Assembly (NCBI GenBank): GCA_000697335.1
Contig: JNEM01011766.1
Coordinates: 1 to 37,985 of the forward strand
DNA: 37,985 nucleotides
DNA from: Conidiobolus incongruus B7586
Taxonomy: Eukaryota
Direction: 5' to 3'
Positions 11,620 through 26,247 of the stretch are shown here, in pieces. The notes below the pieces were generated by a model. It was given only the letters and a program-made list of their open reading frames with translations. It did no database searches and was not told the DNA's origin. Position numbers and translations under genes: made by a program. The stretch's first letter is position 1; each line of letters opens with the position of its first letter.

Positions 11620-14600
11620 ATGGCTGACGATTTCGATCCAAATTTCAATCCAGCATTAGAGGATTTATTCAATAATCCCTTCGGCATTCCAAATGACGAA
11701 GAAGTAGTTCCCAACCAAGAAAAGATTCATCAAACCCAAGACAAAGACCAAAATGAAACAGCTAATGACGATTTGCTATCATTCAGCAACATTATGAATC
11801 TTAATACATTTAGTTCTATACAAAATTTGGAGGTTGACGATGAGGACAAGTATAATTACGAAAGTCAGAGAGTTGAGGAGAAAGATGAAACTGAAAATTT
11901 TTCAAAGAATGAGGAAGCTTTTCGGGATTGGGACAAGTTTCAGAGGGAGTTGGATTTTGAGTTGACCGCTTACGAAACTACGACTTTATCTCAGGAAATG
12001 CAACTGGAGGAAAAGGAGGCGGAGAAAGAAGTGGAAATGATTGAGGATATTATAATCCCTGATGTTGATGAAATTCCCCAAGAAGTTGAAAAATTACCGG
12101 AGAGTGCATATAGTAGGCCTCCTGAAGATAAACCTTTTATGATGGCGAATACGAGCAGTGGTCAAACACTATATATTCCTATACTATCACGCGACAATTT
12201 AGTCAACACTACCAATAAACCACCACAAAATCAACACAAAGAAGGTCACCAGGGCTACATCAGCGAAAACATCTACCGCATTATCCAAAACATCGAGGAG
12301 AACAATCTCCTGTTCCAATCAAAAGCACCTTCAGATACCGCATACACCCCAACCATGGACAACTCGAAACTGTGGGTAGACAGGTACAATCCCAAGGAGT
12401 TTATGGATTTAACAGGTGATGACAGACTGAACAGAATGGCCCTCAGCTGGCTCAAACTCTGGGATTTTTGCGTATTTGGCAGACGCGTTCAAATCGGTTC
12501 AACTGCTACAAAGGTTTGGGGGAATTCCAAATTTAGAAGCAATTTTGTCAGTTGGGAGGATCAGCTCGTACCTAATGTAAGTTGTTACCATTATTTTATT
12601 ATAATTTGAATATTTAATATTATTCTAGAAAGATGATCCTTTGAAAAGACCCTCCCAAAAAATTTTAATGTTATGTGGACCTCCTGGTCTTGGTAAGACT
12701 AGTTTAGCTAGAATTATTGCAAAACACTCTGGATATGAACCTATGGAAATCAATGCAAGGTAAATCACTTATCAACATTTAATAATGCATTACACTCATT
12801 GATGTTCTAGTGACGATCGTACAGGAAATCTCGTCAAAGACAGAATCCAAGCTGCATTGGATACTCAGGGCCTTAAGCAAGATAGCTTACCAAAGTGTAT
12901 AATTTTGGACGAAATTGATGGTGCTGCTCAGCAAGGGGGCAATTTTGTAATTCAACATGTTCATATATTAATTAATATTAATAATTAATTTTACCTTTAG
13001 AACCTGATCAAATTACTAGTTCAGTTGAGTTCTAAAAAAGAGTTAGATCCTTCAGGTATTTAGAATACATTAAAAATATTCGAAATATTGACCAATTATT
13101 TGGATAGGTAAACCTGGCAAAAAGAAAAAGAAAGGTTTCGAATCTTTAAATTTGACAAGACCTATTATTTGTATTTGTAACGATCAGTAATCCTTATAGA
13201 AAATATCAAACAACTATTAGATATTAATATAATCTGATAGATTTGCACCTGTTCTTCGCGAATTACGTCCTAACTGCCTCATATTAAATCTCAAGCGAGC
13301 TACCAATTCTACTTTGACTAATCATTTGAAGAACATTTGTCAATTGGAAGGTGTCGAAGTCAACAGATACACTTTATCCACCTTAGTTGACCTCTGCGAT
13401 GGTGATATCAGAAATTGTTTGAACAATTTACAAGTAATATAACCATGTATTTTGAATATTTTTGTTAACTAACTCCATTTAGTTTTTAAGTGATAATCCC
13501 ACGAGAACCATTCATGCTCACATGGTCACTCAGGGACATTTAGCTGTGAAGAATGTACAACCATCGCTCTTCACCATCTGGGATTCCATTTTCAATTTAC
13601 CCGATTGGAGAACCCAGCGCAAGGAGTCTTTCCAAGTGACTTTAGATCAGAGCGGAAATATCGGTAAATTTATAACGTGGAATGGATGTATGAGTTATTA
13701 ATATGTGAATTTAGTTAAGACGAAGCGTAATTTGGATAGATTATGGTACTTGATAGGTAGCTTTGGTAATTTGGACAAAGTTATGGAAGGTAAAATAATA
13801 CAACATACTATCATTATTCCAACTAACAATGATTAGGCTGCTTCGACCACTTCCTATCCTCCCGTTACATGGACCTCTACATGACCAAGTTGGATACCGC
13901 TTACGAATGGCTAGGCTTCTACGATACTATCAACACTCAAATCAACCACCAACAAAAATTCGAATTGTACGACTACTTACCTAGCTGTGCCGTCCAATTC
14001 CACTTTTTGTTTGCATCTGCAGTCAAAGTTAAGATGGAGTTTCCCAAATTAGAGAGACAGGTAATCTAAATAACTAGACTCAAGTCAATGGTGTTTAACT
14101 ATTTGATATAGTTTAGAGAAATTGAATTCACTCATAAAAATTTACTCAAAAGCTTTATGAGAAATTTATCGCAGACAATGAAATATAACCTCACTACCAA
14201 CAATCTTATTCAGGATCAGTTATACTATTGGTGGATGATTCTAAATCCTAAGAATTTAGAAGTAAATATTATGATATTAATTTTTGAATTAGTTGATACT
14301 CATATTTATGATAGATATCTCCTAGCATTCAACTTCAAGACAAATTAGACCCCATCGACCAATTGACCCAGTTAATGATTGAAATGAATATGTTTTATAA
14401 ACAGATTCCAAGTGAAAATAGTCACTTAATGTTATATAAATTGGAGCCGTAATTTTTAACCTAATACTCATTATATTTAATACTAATTTTTGATAGACCT
14501 ATTGATGATTTAGTCCAGTACCCATCATTACCTCAAGATTTAACCAAATCACAAATTGGAATTACTAATTCGCTTAAATCTGATGTTATTGGCAAAATTA

Positions 14601-15116
14601 ATCAAAAGGTAATAAACATATATCATTTGCCGAATTATTTATTAAAACAGATTTAGTTGGAAGCTCATCGTATCAAAATGTCCGAACAGAATACATTCGT
14701 TAAAAAAGCTACTAGGACTAGGAAGGATGATATTTCTAGTACACAATCTGTTTCGCAAAACGTAAGAATCACCAATAATTATATTATATTATATTATATT
14801 AATTTTGTATTAGCCTCAAATCTCTACTCAACTCCAACCTAAACCACTACCAGAAAATCACAAGGAAATGACAAGGTCGCAAAAATTCAAGAATTTTTTC
14901 AAACGCAAAGTACCTATTCCTACGCCTACCACTCCCTCAGACTCTTCTCAGTCCCTATCAGCGTTTGATTCAGAAGCACTGGAAGAATTGATAGAACCTC
15001 CGGCGAAGCACTTGAAAACGAATCCAAATGTAGGCAGCTCGCAAGTTTGGTACCGACATCAAGAGAAGTTCACTAATGCAGTAAAAACGAGAGTCACTGT
15101 GAGTGATTTCTTTTAG
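11620..15116 (+). CDS. CTF18: Chromosome transmission fidelity protein 18 (RFC-like clamp loader subunit), ~14 exons
   Basis: ATG 11620. LWVDRYNPKEFMDL, WLKLWD, Walker A CGPPGLGKT, EINASDDR, Walker B ILDEIDG, RPIICICND, CDGDIRNCLNNLQ and C-terminal VWYRHQEKFTNAVK..VSDFF* (TAG). About 13 GT-AG introns of ~47-54 nt, e.g. 12577-12628, 12760-12810, 12947-13000, 14061-14111. Confidence 0.95.
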
Positions 15117-17148
15117 ATCTGATATACGATAGTTTGAGTAGTTACAATATACTTTAAAACTTCAAGTTGAATAATATTTATAAGTACTAAACATCTCTAA
15201 TTCACCTTATTTTTTCAAATATTTCTAAATTATTGAATTTAATAATTAATTTTAATTATATATTTTATTTCAAAAGTTTTTTTTAAAATTTTAATTATTA
15301 ATTAATTTTTGTAAAATAATTTAATATCTTTAAAATTTACTATTTTAATTAATTTTTTTTATAAATTGATATTTATTTCTACTTATAATTCATTAATTTA
15401 ACATTTTAATTGAAAATTTTGAATAATTAATATTTAATAGAATGTCAATAATATTTTGTGCAAATTGATGAATATGCTATTTCAACCTGTATGGTTAATA
15501 ATTCTAAATATATATATTGAATCAATTTTATAATATTAGGACTAAAAAATTTGTTCAATATTAGATGAACTAAATATTTATCAACTCTTTATCTAACTTG
15601 AACTTATAATTGAATCTATTTTAACTAATTAAAGAATTATCCATGGATTATTCAAAGTTTGGTATTCTCCCGCAAACACCATGATTACATTCTACCCTTT
15701 GGAAAGAATTAGTTTGACACTAGATTTCTTCATTTATGAGAAACTGAAATTAATTTGTTAATAACATGTTTCCAGCTTTACATAATTTCAATTTATGAGA
15801 ATGATCAATTTTTGAGATATAATAGTTGTCAGAGGTATAAAAATAAACAATGGTATAAATAACATTTTAAAAATTTTGAAATTTATTAATATTGAAAGCC
15901 AATATTGAATCAAAGATATCCTATATATAAAACTGAGAATTGCTAAATTCATAATATATACCATTGGATTGTTTTCCACTTATAAGATTTCTTTGTTCAT
16001 CTTATACTTAATGTTTCAGGAAAATTTTAAATATTCCATGCATATTAAATGAAAAGATTTGATTTGTTATATATCCATCATTGATTGGATAATCTATCTG
16101 ACAATTAATGGGTTAACTATAGCTTCAAATAGTAATTTATTATCAATTTTATATTTAAAATCTCAAGTATTTGGCCAAAGCCAAAACATATCAAATGTCT
16201 TAATATATATTTTTAATATATTTTATTTATTAATCAACTATTTAATTTCAATAAGCTAATACAAGATTAAATTTTGTTGATTGATAATATCATTGTAACA
16301 ATTTATTAGCTGATTCGTTTTATCAATTGAACCTTGGATAATTTCTAATATTAGATTTGATTCCAAATTTATTTAATTTTCATATTTAATAAAATTAATT
16401 CATAATAATCAAAACTATTATTAATTACTTTGTTTTATAGATTTTAAATATTTTAAATTAATTAATATCAAAGCTCCATTATATTTATATTAACTCAATT
16501 TATTTTACATTTACAAGATATTATATATATTTAAATTGAATAAAATGATTAATATTTCAAAAAATATTACTAGTAAGAATAATATTGATCACTATAAAAT
16601 ATATAATCAAGATTTATATTGATCACTTTCAATAAATTGGGTAATATAATCTAAATCATTGGAAATTTATTTTATAATATGGAATATATTTTGTCTATAA
16701 CTCGAATAACATCTGTTAACTAATATATAATTTGAATAATTTTAAATTAATTTTTTAACCCATAATTTTAATTTAAAATTTAGTAGTGATGTAATTCGAA
16801 TTCCAATTAATTAAAATGAAATTATTATAAAATTGAAAGTTGAATTAATCAATTTAAGAAAATTATTTAAGTATACTAATTACAATATCAAGTATATACT
16901 ACACTCACTATCATTCAACTTACATTATTAATTATTAATCAGGATTAATATTTACAGCGTTTGTTAATTGGAGTATTTTCAAATTTGCTTGTGACTTGTA
17001 ATTGAAGTTTTGAAATTGATATAATTAATTTGTAAGTTAAAATAAATTATTTTATATAATTTTATTATAATTAAATATAAAATATCATATTTTAGTTTAT
17101 CTATTATGATTTATTAATAATTTTATACTTTCTTTTAGAGATTGTATT

Positions 17149-17841
17149 ATGGCTTTAATAAATAGGAACGATCTTAGTAGTTTTATAGTGAATCCATTAT
17201 CCTCATTCCATATCCTATTATTCGTTGGGGTAATATCCTACTTTGCAAGAAAAATGTTAGAGCCTTCATTCTCGGCTATTGGACACTCCATAATTCTTAT
17301 AACTTTACTATCCGTGTGGTTAGGTATGATCCTCGCCATTTCATTTATGGAATCGTGGGTCAAATTCCTAGCTCCAAGTCTCACTCTAATGTCTGGAGTA
17401 GATGCGGGTCGCCACGTGTTTAGCGTCCTAAATAAATGTGAAATTGTCATAGTTGTAACACTTCTTCATATGCTTGAAATGCAGTGGAGCTCGCCCCAAC
17501 TTCAGGATCCTTACAATAAGTTGGATTTGGAATGGTTACATTTGATGATTTTATTACCTATCAGTCTCGTTTGCTTCTTACAAACTTGTTGGTTGCTACC
17601 TGCCCTTCTGTCCAAAAGTCAGCAGGTGATTGCTAATGCTTCTGGGAACCATAGTACCTCAGCGTCTGGTACAGGTTCCAATGCTAGGAATTTGCCAAAT
17701 TCTAGAACTTCTAATAGGTCATTCTCGCATTCGTTATACGTATTGACTGAAATTGTCAAAGTGTTCAGTTTAGTCAGTTCTTTGAGCATTATTTACTTTT
17801 CTATAGTGACCTATGTCAAACAAATTGCTATTAATCCTTGA
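17149..17841 (+). CDS. Multi-pass membrane protein, DUF4149/TMEM205-like
   Basis: 230-aa intronless ORF with 4-5 hydrophobic segments. Motif WLGMILAISFMESWVKFLAPSL...DAGRHVFSVLNKCE and C-terminal HSLYVLTEIVK. Confidence 0.7.
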   Translation: MALINRNDLSSFIVNPLSSFHILLFVGVISYFARKMLEPSFSAIGHSIILITLLSVWLGMILAISFMESWVKFLAPSLTLMSGVDAGRHVFSVLNKCEIVIVVTLLHMLEMQWSSPQLQDPYNKLDLEWLHLMILLPISLVCFLQTCWLLPALLSKSQQVIANASGNHSTSASGTGSNARNLPNSRTSNRSFSHSLYVLTEIVKVFSLVSSLSIIYFSIVTYVKQIAINP

Positions 17842-18024
17842 AACTTGAATAAAATTTACTTTTGTTATGAATTTAAATACTTAGTAAAAATGATAAAAAA
17901 GAGTTAATATCATTTTTAATATTAACTTTATGATAAAGTTTGATAAATCAATAACATAATATTATAAATAATGGATTTAAATACCTTCAGGCAAACCTGA
18001 TTCTTAATATATATTTTTTTTAAA

Positions 18025-18421
18025 ATGCCAAATCAAACCTCTGAATACAAGGAAACTAAACATTGTATTGATGAACCTCCAAGTCAAGAAGAAATCAATT
18101 CCATTGCTAAAGCTTTGGCAATGGATTTAAATGGATCTGGTAATTTTATTTTAACTATCAATAATGAATATTAATTAATTTCAATTAGGCCACTGTTACA
18201 AATGTCCCAACGGTCACCCAGTAACTAAATATCTCTCACTTTATTTTTAATACTAACCATTGTTATAGTACATTGTTGACAATTGTGGTACTCCTTTAGA
18301 AATTCACTATTGTTTCATTTGCAAGAAACCAATTGGAGGTTATGAGGAATTAGTTCAAGGAAATGAATTTGACAGGAATATGGATCAGTTGATTGCAAAA
18401 TATCAGAAAGATAAGGAATGA
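18025..18421 (+). CDS. Stand-alone RZ-type zinc-finger protein (RNF213/ZNFX1 finger), 99 aa, 3 exons
   Basis: Exons 18025-18139, 18189-18220 and 18269-18421 (GT-AG introns of 49 and 48 nt) splice in frame to MPNQTSEYKETKHCIDEPPSQEEINSIAKALAMDLNGSGHCYKCPNGHPYIVDNCGTPLEIHYCFICKKPIGGYEELVQGNEFDRNMDQLIAKYQKDKE*. Matches the CPNGHxxxxxxCGxxxxxxxCxxCxxxIGG pattern. Confidence 0.8.
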
Positions 18422-19681
18422 AAGAAGCAGGATTATTCAATCAATCATTGATATTGATTCGATGGTAAAATTAAATCAATTCAAATTACTATTCGATTTT
18501 GTTAATAAATTCATTATTTTGATCAATAAATATTATTTTAATATTATTAAATATTATGAAAACAATAACTTTAAAATAAATAATATAAATATTAAAAATC
18601 ATAAAAACTTATAATATTTTCTATAAAATTTCTTGGTAAATAACATCATTTATATTCAATCCTTTTGAATTATCAATTATAATTTTAAAATAATAAAGTA
18701 AATATTAATGTAACTTTTGAAAGTTATATATATATTACAAATCTAGAAATTTCTAAAAAATATATTTAATATAATTTGTATTTAATTAAATAAATCTAAT
18801 CAATATTTTCATAATATCAAAAAAAATTATAATTAAAAACATTAAATTAATTTAAAAAAAGAATATAATAAAATAAACCATGTATATTATTTTTTTAAAT
18901 ATTTTTTAGTATAATTTTTAACTATTAATCTTTTTATAGAGTATTCCAAAAGGATACACCATGTAAACAAGTAATTTCAAAGATAGGTAAATTTAGGGAT
19001 AAGTAACTTGGTTTATTATTTGATTTCTTCTTTTGACTCTCTTATCTATTCAGTGTAATATGTGGTGCATATATAACACATTCTAATGTATTGCAAATAT
19101 AAGGCATTGTAAAACTAAGGTTAATTTATAATTAAATTCTAATTTGATAATAAATAATTTGTTCAGGTTGATTCCTAATTCTAATTATTTAATTGATTAC
19201 TTACACTTTTTTAAAATAATTTTTGAAATTTTTAATTCAATTGTATTTAATTTTGTTTCAAATATGTTTAGCCGAAGATTACCAAATATGGAGTTTAATA
19301 TGCATTTTTCGAAATTAATTGATTTATTATAGGCTCTTAGTATGGTTTAATATTGTAGTAAGTTAAAAATTTTATAAAATGAATAGAATAACTATAGTTA
19401 TATATTCAATTATATATATATATATTAAGATCAAATGGTTAATTTTCTCTATTTAAAGTAGTTATTATTTTATCATGCGTTAAAATATCCATTTTTTCGA
19501 AAGTTAAGCCCAATAAAAATGAAAAAATTCTCACATTTGTTCAATTGGTACCACATCAAAAACCATAAATTAACTAACCATAAATTAATTAACTCTAACA
19601 AATAATATATAAATTCAAGTTTGAATTGAGTTTCTATTGCTTTTTAAATTGAATAAATATATATACATACGAATAATATAA

Positions 19682-20450
<769 letters not shown>

Positions 20451-21439
20451 TCTTATGCTAATTCAATTTTATTATATCATTTATCCACCACTATACTTGT
20501 CTTTCTCCACCCAAGAACTTTTCAAAATATTATTATCCAAACAAATTTAAAGCCACCTAATTCCTTTAGTTCTCAGTTCGATCTATTTTTTTATTGAATA
20601 TAGTTTGATAATAAATAACTCTAATTGTTATCACTAAAAAAGTTTACAATATTTTATTATTGAATAATTTATTATTATGAAAAACTAGAAAAATTAATAT
20701 TATGATCAATTATTACTAAATTGGGAAATTTTATTTTATCATTTAATTTTAATTTTACTCAAATAATTAATTAAAATTATAATTTATTAGAATATAAATT
20801 ATTATATTAACATTAAAAATTATATTGATATGTGAGGATAATATTATAAAACTTTTTAATTCATATTAACAACCATTTTAAAATTTTTAGACTTTTTTTG
20901 ATTAATAGAAATCAATTTTTGAATCAAATTTTGAGATTTTCATAAAATACTCAATAGAATGAATAGTTCAAATTAACTTTAGTATATCAATATTAGAAAC
21001 AAAGAGAATAATGACAATTAACAACAGTTTCCAGAAATTTCGCACAATTATATGATTTTTTACTATCATTCTTTTAATAAAAATGATATAAATCACTTAA
21101 TTTTAGGAAATTAAAGATAAATAGTGATCATAAAATCCTCAAACTGTTAAAAAATTCTAAAGTGCAATGTTCATTGCGTCGAGTAATTGGAGCGATATAT
21201 TTTTAATAATTGTGGCTGTCTGATCACCATATCAATACTTGAGTCAATCACAATTATAATTTATCCAGATATGATAAATGAATAATATTTGATTTTATTG
21301 GTGGTTAATATTCAGCTGTGATAACAATGAATATAATAACAGGTTTTTTGTTTCAAATACTTAAATCTTAAATATCTGCGTCAGGGTTTCAAAGTGAGTT
21401 TATTAACACAAATTGAGGCTTAACCTCGAATCAACCATT

Positions 21440-21820
21440 TAACAATCATCAGCATTAAACTATTCATCTTGTTAACTCAGAGTTTCATATGCGAGGATAT
21501 CAATCTAGTCAACGAGAGTGACGATAAAACGATCACTGCAAAACTTGGCGGCAAGATTCATATTAATCTCGATCCAGCAAGTCCTTCCGGATATGCGACC
21601 AAGAATTCGTGGGGTGCTCCAACTGTGTCAGATACCAATATGCTGAGAAGCCATGGTAGCCATTCCAATTTGTTTTAAGCGGCCATCACTGTATATAGGG
21701 CCGATGAAGAAGAGATGCCTATTATTACTTTGCATAAAGATTGACAAGCTCAAATTCAAGGCTGCTTTCTTCAGGAATATTCGGGTGTCGAAAGTCGTGG
21801 TCAATATGAATTAGTATGAT
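21440..21820 (+). pseudogene. Decayed small secreted protein, weakly chagasin/I42-inhibitor-like
   Basis: GC-richer island with a hydrophobic leader lacking an ATG, then NESDDKTITAKLGGKIHINLDPASPSGY...W, followed by stops. Confidence 0.3.
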
Positions 21821-22189
21821 CACTTTCCTAATCTTTCATGATAAGTTGTATTAATTTCATATTCATTATTTAAAATCAATTAACCAATCCTAACTAATAA
21901 ATTTTATTTCAAATCAATTGAAAGATTTTGGTAACTTAATACAGTATTAAAAAAATGATCCCAACTACTGATATGACCATATGACCTTATGACCACATCT
22001 GAAACAATTTATTACTATACCCCGTCCCAATTATAATATTTATCAAAAATTATCAATAAAACAGATTTAATTCCGTCTATATTTTATTATTTTTTAAAAT
22101 ACAAGTTATTTAGTTCAATTTATTAACAAAATTAATTCAACTAAAAACTCTATTTTTTTTAAATAAAACGTATTTGATTAAATTTGCTC

Positions 22190-25100
22190 TTCAATTTAGC
22201 TCCCTCCACTTACGGTTTCTTAACCATTTTAAACAAATTCTGACCATGAGTGCCTATCCAACTTAAACCAATTTTCAGGCTTTGATCCTCGTCCTTTTTC
22301 TGGTGGTAGTGGTAGTGATATTGGATGAACATTTTTCCAAAATTTGGAAGCAGTGGAAGCAACCATTCCACTCCGACCTCAATTTCGTATTGATTTAGGC
22401 CTGGCCAAACACTTCAGATGGAGTCTATTTGGATTTGTAGATGGCGAAGCACTAGGAAAATTCGAGGTGTTACTGGATGAATTCGGCTAGGACCCTACAT
22501 ACTATTGTGACATAAGATTGAGTTATCTTTCCCTGTAGCGCTTGAGTGGTAAACTGTCTAGGATCGGTGAAGTGATTAAATTCACTCGATTCCAGCTCTG
22601 GACGTTGAAGGGAATGATCTAGTTGTGGATGAGTTCCATAAAGATGTATTGCACATTGTTCATTTGGGTAAATTTGAAATGGAATTTGAGGATCCTTATG
22701 ATGATGTAGATAGTTTGGTGTAAGGCGCCCAAGTTGGAGTCTCGCTTCAAGCGTTGCTGCAGGAATTTAAGTATCGTTGCGATGATGCCAAGGTCCGGTT
22801 GGTGCTTGAAGGATCTCTATACAATTGTATGCGAATTCCAAATTGGATGCCAAAATTTCGCTGCAATCGGTCGGGGTGAGCATGATGGCTACAAAGTGAT
22901 TGATAGTGGTCCTGATTCCTTTAACTTCCATTATTTTTTGCTTCCAATGTCTTCCAATAGCCAGTCCGGAAATAATTGAAGAGTTGAAAATAGCGTATTT
23001 GAGTTGGGATCCTTAGTTATAACACTGAGTAGGGAATCCACTTGCATTTCGATTTGGTTAACATTTATCAATCTACTCACACTGGAACACACTTTACTCA
23101 TCTGCTAGATCAATTTCGGATTGACTACGTCTGGATTATCAGAATAGCAAATAATCTGAACACATTTTGATACCAATTCGAACGTTTTATTGGGCAAGTT
23201 TTTCTTATTGATATCAAAGAGTGCCAATTCGTATCTTATTAAATTCAATAAGTACTGGAACAACAGTTGAATAATCTTAGAATTGTTTTCCTGGTCCCAG
23301 TCATTTGGGGATAAAGCTAATTTGGTGATGAATTGATTCAGTACCCAAGATTATCTGAAATCTAGTAACTGTAACGAAAATATCTTCTTATTAATATTAG
23401 TATAATAACTAAACAGTAAACGCTGGAAAAATTCTACAGCTCTCAATAATTTAGGTATTTCATGGGATTTGGCATTGGTCCAATCTTCTGAAGTTGCTAC
23501 CAAAGTGAAAATAAATTCCAAATGGGATTTGATATTATCTTCAAATAAAATGGACACATCAGTAACCAATCTAATAATTTAATATTTTATCAAAAATTTT
23601 TGATAGAATTCTAGACATTCCAGAATGTAATAATCCCGAAAAATTCGAGTTTAAATTTGAATATATATTTGTCATTAATCAGTTTTATAATTCTCAATCT
23701 AAGTGCTCTCTAATCCCATTAAAACTCCATCTATTCCTTCACTATTATTTCGATTCGTTACCAAATTGGCGACAATTGCTATGAAAATTGATATGAACTG
23801 ATTTCTTAATTTGGTAGCACTTGCCAAATGATTCGAACCTATTCTAATAAGACGACACGCATACCAAAATATTGTACAAACTACCAAAATCGGCCACTTG
23901 AAGTTATTGGGACTTGGTCAAAGTTTGTGTGATTTCGATATAAATTTCTATTAGGATTAAGATCAAATCTGAGGGTCGAGAAGGTACAGGATTGACATTG
24001 ACATTTAGGCAGTAAAATTCAATCAATTAAATGTTTCAATAGGAGTTTAACACTCCTTATAATGAGTTTAGTGGACAGTTTGCTTAAGTTGATAATATTT
24101 AAACTTAGGAATTGAATTTGATATCCAATAATTACTTTGGATCTTTTAGTACCTTTCAAGTGTTCAAATTTTTCAGTATTGGATAGATCCAAACCATATA
24201 ATTGGAACTTTTTTGATTTGTACTTCAATGGATAATTCAATTGAACAATTTCCTCTATGAAATCCTTCATCAAACTCAGCAATGTCTCTAATGCAATGTC
24301 TAACTAACTTTGAAACCAGAATTCCTCCAATAGATCCCCTTCCAACTGGTAATCAATGAATGCGTAGGATGTATTACTGGTAGTATTCATGGTGAAGAAT
24401 TGTCTGCACAGAATATATTTAACTAATTGATCAATTAAGGCTGAAAATTCGTTAGTTTCTTTAGAGATCACAAATCTTACATAGATAGTGATCCAACTGG
24501 CTTTGTTCCTTACTTGATCCCACACCACATCAGGAAATTTGGATTTAGCGATCGTATCGATGAGGAATGGGCTTTTCGTACCGTTTTGTTATTTTTAGTC
24601 CTTAAAAGGGTGAGATGGCTGCTTGACGATCAATGATGTGACTCAAAGATGAAGGGGTCTTGCTGTTTGAGATTAAAGGAGAATTGTGATTGTAACAGGT
24701 TACGATATTGGATCAACACTATGTAAGCTAAAATGGTGCCAATTATGACAGTGTTGAGATTAATGTACATGCCAAACAAGCTTCCAAGTACATTTTTCAA
24801 AATAGATCATTATCTGGCAAACTGAACTTAGGGTATGGCGAACTGCAAGTCACTTGAATATTCTCGATCAACTCAATAAACTTCGAAATCAATTCGTTTC
24901 GATCAGCATGTTGAGGAATGCCTAATGTATTCGCAAACAAATTATGGCTTTGTATCAACTCCACGATTCCTGAACTAGCTTTAATGCATTTCCTAACGCA
25001 CTCTAATTGGTATAACAAACTATCTGCTTTGGTGGTAGATTTTTTAGGCTTTTGGGCTGAACTTCCCTAACTTTGCATCCTTTCAACAAAGTGTCCAAAT

Positions 25101-26247
25101 CTAGGAACGGACCCACGATTTTAATAATGTGAAAGTCAATAATACCTTAAATGCCTGAATATGTTCCTTTTCCGAGATGGGATCCCTACAAAACAACTCC
25201 TGCCACATTAGAAGTGACTGAATCGATCCAAATTTCAAAATTTTGTCATCGTTGGAATCAGACATCTTTAGCAATATCGGAGCTGATGGTTTCAAACAGG
25301 ATTTTTTTTTGGTGACTTAACCCGGAATGATCGCTCTCTCTCGATAGCATGGCGATAACCGCTCAACTGGTCGGATGGGAAGAACGTTTGTTGCAGGCAG
25401 AACTTCATTCTGACAATAAATCCCGGAATGGATTTCTGCTGAGAAACATTGAGATGATAATAAAATTCCAGCATTGGATTGAGTTTATATGCGACCATTT
25501 GAGTGAATATGAGGTTGTAATGCTCTTCCCACTTTATTATTTTCGTCAATACCTGAAAGCGGGAACCCGCTAACAAGATAATAACGAAAAGATCAGTATC
25601 AACCAGTTTGTTAGTATATTTCAAACCAAAAGACATTATTGATTTGAAACACCAAATCAACATGAAGTTTCCTGGACAGACTGTAATACGGTGAAGTCTT
25701 AGGAAACCTCATATTATTGCAATCTATGCACTTGAAATAAGCTTTCATTGCGAAATGGATATACTGCGCCAATCTGTTAACACTCTTCCAATTCTGGATC
25801 CCTGTCCCAATTATTAGTGGATATACTTAATGGCTGCAAAGATTGGCAGAATGAAGTGATACTTATTCGAATTCAGCCTTAAAATCTCAATCCTGATCTC
25901 GCCATTGGGGCCTATTGCCTTCTCAAAATTCTCCTGACTCTGCAAATCGAACCAATTCAGCTAATATAGCAACATATCTCAAAACTTGGAATGAATGTAT
26001 CACAGTACATATTATATTGTTCAATTGTTCACGTCCCCCTTCGTATACGTTTGCAAAAAGGTTATTGAGAAATTTGTCCAGCATCGTCATCGAAGATTGT
26101 TAAATGTTGGTACGGTCTGGATTTCCTCAATAGGTTTGTAGCGTCAATATACGATTTTAAATTTTGAATATTGGATGGATTCTTGTTGAAGAATTGGGTT
26201 AAAGCACTTACCGAAAATATATTCGGGTTACTCAAACCTCGTGGCAT
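22190..26247 (-). pseudogene. Large (~4 kb) apparently intronless disrupted gene of unknown function
   Basis: Continuous coding-like composition from ATG 26247 (MPRGLSNPNIF) to ~22190. Eight minus-strand ORF fragments in shifting frames, separated by TAA/TAG/TGA stops and frameshifts. Leu/Ile-rich, helical-looking sequence. Confidence 0.65.

Noticed and set aside
13187..13240. CTF18 intron starting GTAATCCTT as a possible U12 intron
   Set aside because: Does not match GTATCCTT and there is no TCCTTAAC branch site; it is an ordinary short U2 intron.
15600..16350. Possible GPCR-like membrane protein remnants (LAILSFIYR, EAIVNPLI on the minus strand)
   Set aside because: The motifs are in the wrong order for one gene, and hydrophobic translations arise easily from AT-rich DNA.
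21972..21994. TATGACC x3 tandem motif (also TTGTCACTTAAA x2 at ~3642/3678)
   Set aside because: Short repeats with no supporting context; probably slippage or chance.
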